Below, one piece after another: positions 8,443 to 9,990 of a stretch of 9,990 bases of DNA. How positions within the stretch are numbered: position 1 is the first letter of the stretch; every line of letters starts with the position of its first letter. The translations under genes were made by a program, and so were the position numbers. The DNA lies in assembly GCA_030704615.1 (NCBI GenBank), contig JAKLZA010000342.1, positions 1 to 9,990 of the forward strand, read 5' to 3'. The notes under the pieces were generated by a model, which saw nothing but the letters and a program-made list of their open reading frames with translations, ran no database searches and was not told the origin of the DNA. The stretch is from Takakia lepidozioides (Eukaryota > Plantae > Bryophyta).

Positions 8443-8457
8443 TGTAATGTGAATGCA
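8443..8457 (+). repeat. Candidate U5 terminal inverted repeat (LTR end ...TGCATTCACATTACA on the minus strand)
   Basis: tgtaatgtgaatgca matches the LTR start TGTAGTGTGAATGCA at 14/15 positions in inverted orientation. Confidence 0.75.
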
Positions 8458-9989
8458 CACGCTGCTAGGCATCCAGTGCGGCCAGCCTTGAAGTCATCCT
8501 CGGTCTCTCAAGACACAACCATCCCATCCATCAGTCTCTCTCTCTTTCTCTCTCTTCCCAATGACCCATCGCTCAAACAGCTCTCATCTCTTTGTCAGAC
8601 TTCAACCCAAATACCCCAACATCCCTCTTTTTCCCTTCAACTGTGGAACGCAGTTGTTCAGATCCTGATCCCATAGTGAAATCACCTTATCCTTTCCTTT
8701 CCGTGTTTTTTTTGCAACTCCAGCTAACTATCATTGATCTCTCCAAACAAACAAGCCAGATCTACATTGGTTCCAGGTTATCACTACACCGGCAGCATGG
8801 TGTCCAGGTTTATGACACTGAATCAAATGCAAGAATGAAGACAACAGTGACCATTCTGAATTCAGTGACGAACAGGCTCTCTCTTTCTCTCTCTCTTCAC
8901 TTATTTCTCTCACTGTCATCACAACACATCAGGTGCATCCATCCTTTCCACGTTCTGGTCTGAAGTCCAGAGTCTCCATTCCCATTTCAAAAACTTTTTC
9001 TTGTCACATGTCTCTACCTTTTCTCTTCTGCCAAGATGGCAGTCCTAAATCTACCAAAGCAATTTCTAAGTCCACACCAAAAGAAGCCTCTGTTCATCGA
9101 CTTATCTGTTTTTATCCACTAGTGAAGCGGCGGGTCTGCCTGTCAAGGTGGCACCTTGCCATCGCCCGTCAGCAGCCACTTCAACCCTTTCTCTTTGTCT
9201 TGATTCCAGACCTTATGACGCCATGATGGCTCCCCTTCTTCACTTGGACCATCCTGTGGCCTGACAACCAGATTACGCTATGCAATTCTTCTTCCTCTCG
9301 AATTGGCCTGGTCCTATAACAAGGAGACACAAAGCAGCTAGAAGCTTAATGACAGAGAACCTGAGATACCATACAGCCAGAACTCCACATGCTTTACCTC
9401 CCCCCCATTGATTGTGCCCAGACTCTCTTTCCCTGTGCTTTCAGCAGCTGGCCTTTTCCTTGCTTGCTCATCTGCCCATAACTATCATCTTCAAGGCACT
9501 GGCGGCAGTGGTGGTGCGCCGCTTTCCTTACATGCTTCTATCTCTTGGAATTGATCATCACTACGAGAGAGGCGGCACCGCTTCTTTCTACACAGAATAC
9601 CAAGCAGAGGCCTCTTAATGCCGCTTCCTAAGCCAAGCAAGATCCCACCGCGCAGGTACATACCTAACCTCCTAACACAGGCTGCCCCTGCCGACACCAC
9701 TGCTTGCAACAGCCGCTACGAGCCATCCGTCATCTTCCTCTTCGTTTTTCTCAACCCGCGATCTTTTAGGTCAAGAACAGTGATGAAAACGTTCATCGCA
9801 TGGATGAAAATGTGTACCGTCATGACTTAGCCATTTTCTCCTGGCAAAGCATAAGTTGAGTGCGCTCATGAAATTACCTACATGAAGGGATACATCCTTT
9901 CTGCATTTGGGATGACGGGCACTCCGTCATAGTGATGTAGGTCGTAATGGTAACATATGTAATGTTCTCTCCCCTGCATTCACACTACA
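8443..9989 (-). repeat. 5' LTR (~1547 bp if bounded by the 15-bp inverted repeats; inner boundary not verifiable in this window)
   Basis: 8757..9989 repeats 1..1220; TG...CA ends with 14/15 TIR at 9989-9975 and 8457-8443. An alternative inner end lies near 7827. Confidence 0.8.
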
Positions 9990-9990
9990 A

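Larger units (their letters stand above)
1..9989 (-). mobile_element. Ty3/Gypsy (Metaviridae) LTR retrotransposon, non-chromovirus, nearly full length (3' LTR truncated by the left window edge)
   Basis: Domain order gag-PR-RT-RNaseH-INT on the minus strand; long direct repeats 1..1220 and 8757..9989; tRNA-iMet PBS; PPT directly at the integrase stop; no chromodomain after the GPY motif. Confidence 0.97.

Noticed and set aside
7840-8447. Plus-strand ORFs 7840..8094, 7859..8182 and 8154..8447 in the leader
   Set aside because: Non-ATG starts, antisense to the element, no motifs.
8443-9989. Independent TIR DNA transposon/MITE inserted twice
   Set aside because: The two copies are direct repeats flanking gag-pol, start with TG next to a PPT and are nearly identical, which fits LTRs better.

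Overview
The window is almost entirely one plant-type Ty3/Gypsy LTR retrotransposon on the minus strand. Read from 9989 down to 1, it has a 5' LTR (starts TGTAGTGTG at 9989), a ~640-bp leader, a tRNA-iMet PBS (7802-7791), a small Trp-rich ORF (7731-7420), gag with 2-3 CCHC knuckles, then protease, RT, RNase H, a ~370-aa unexplained linker and an integrase without chromodomain, followed by a PPT (1242-1232) and a 3' LTR (starts at 1220, runs off the left edge). The gag-pol frame is broken by 7 small frameshifts and I found no substitution stop codons. By manual alignment the two LTR copies differ by 13 indels and 5 substitutions, so most lesions look like long-read errors in a very young, possibly intact element. 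The most unusual feature is the end architecture. The PBS is not next to a TG...CA LTR end: the best 15-bp terminal inverted repeat lies 640 bp away and the nearest TACA lies 24 nt away across a perfect hairpin. The PPT is separated from the LTR start by 11 nt that form a perfect 20-bp palindrome with the LTR terminus. Together these suggest cDNA ends with hairpin extensions and internal integrase att sites (inference).
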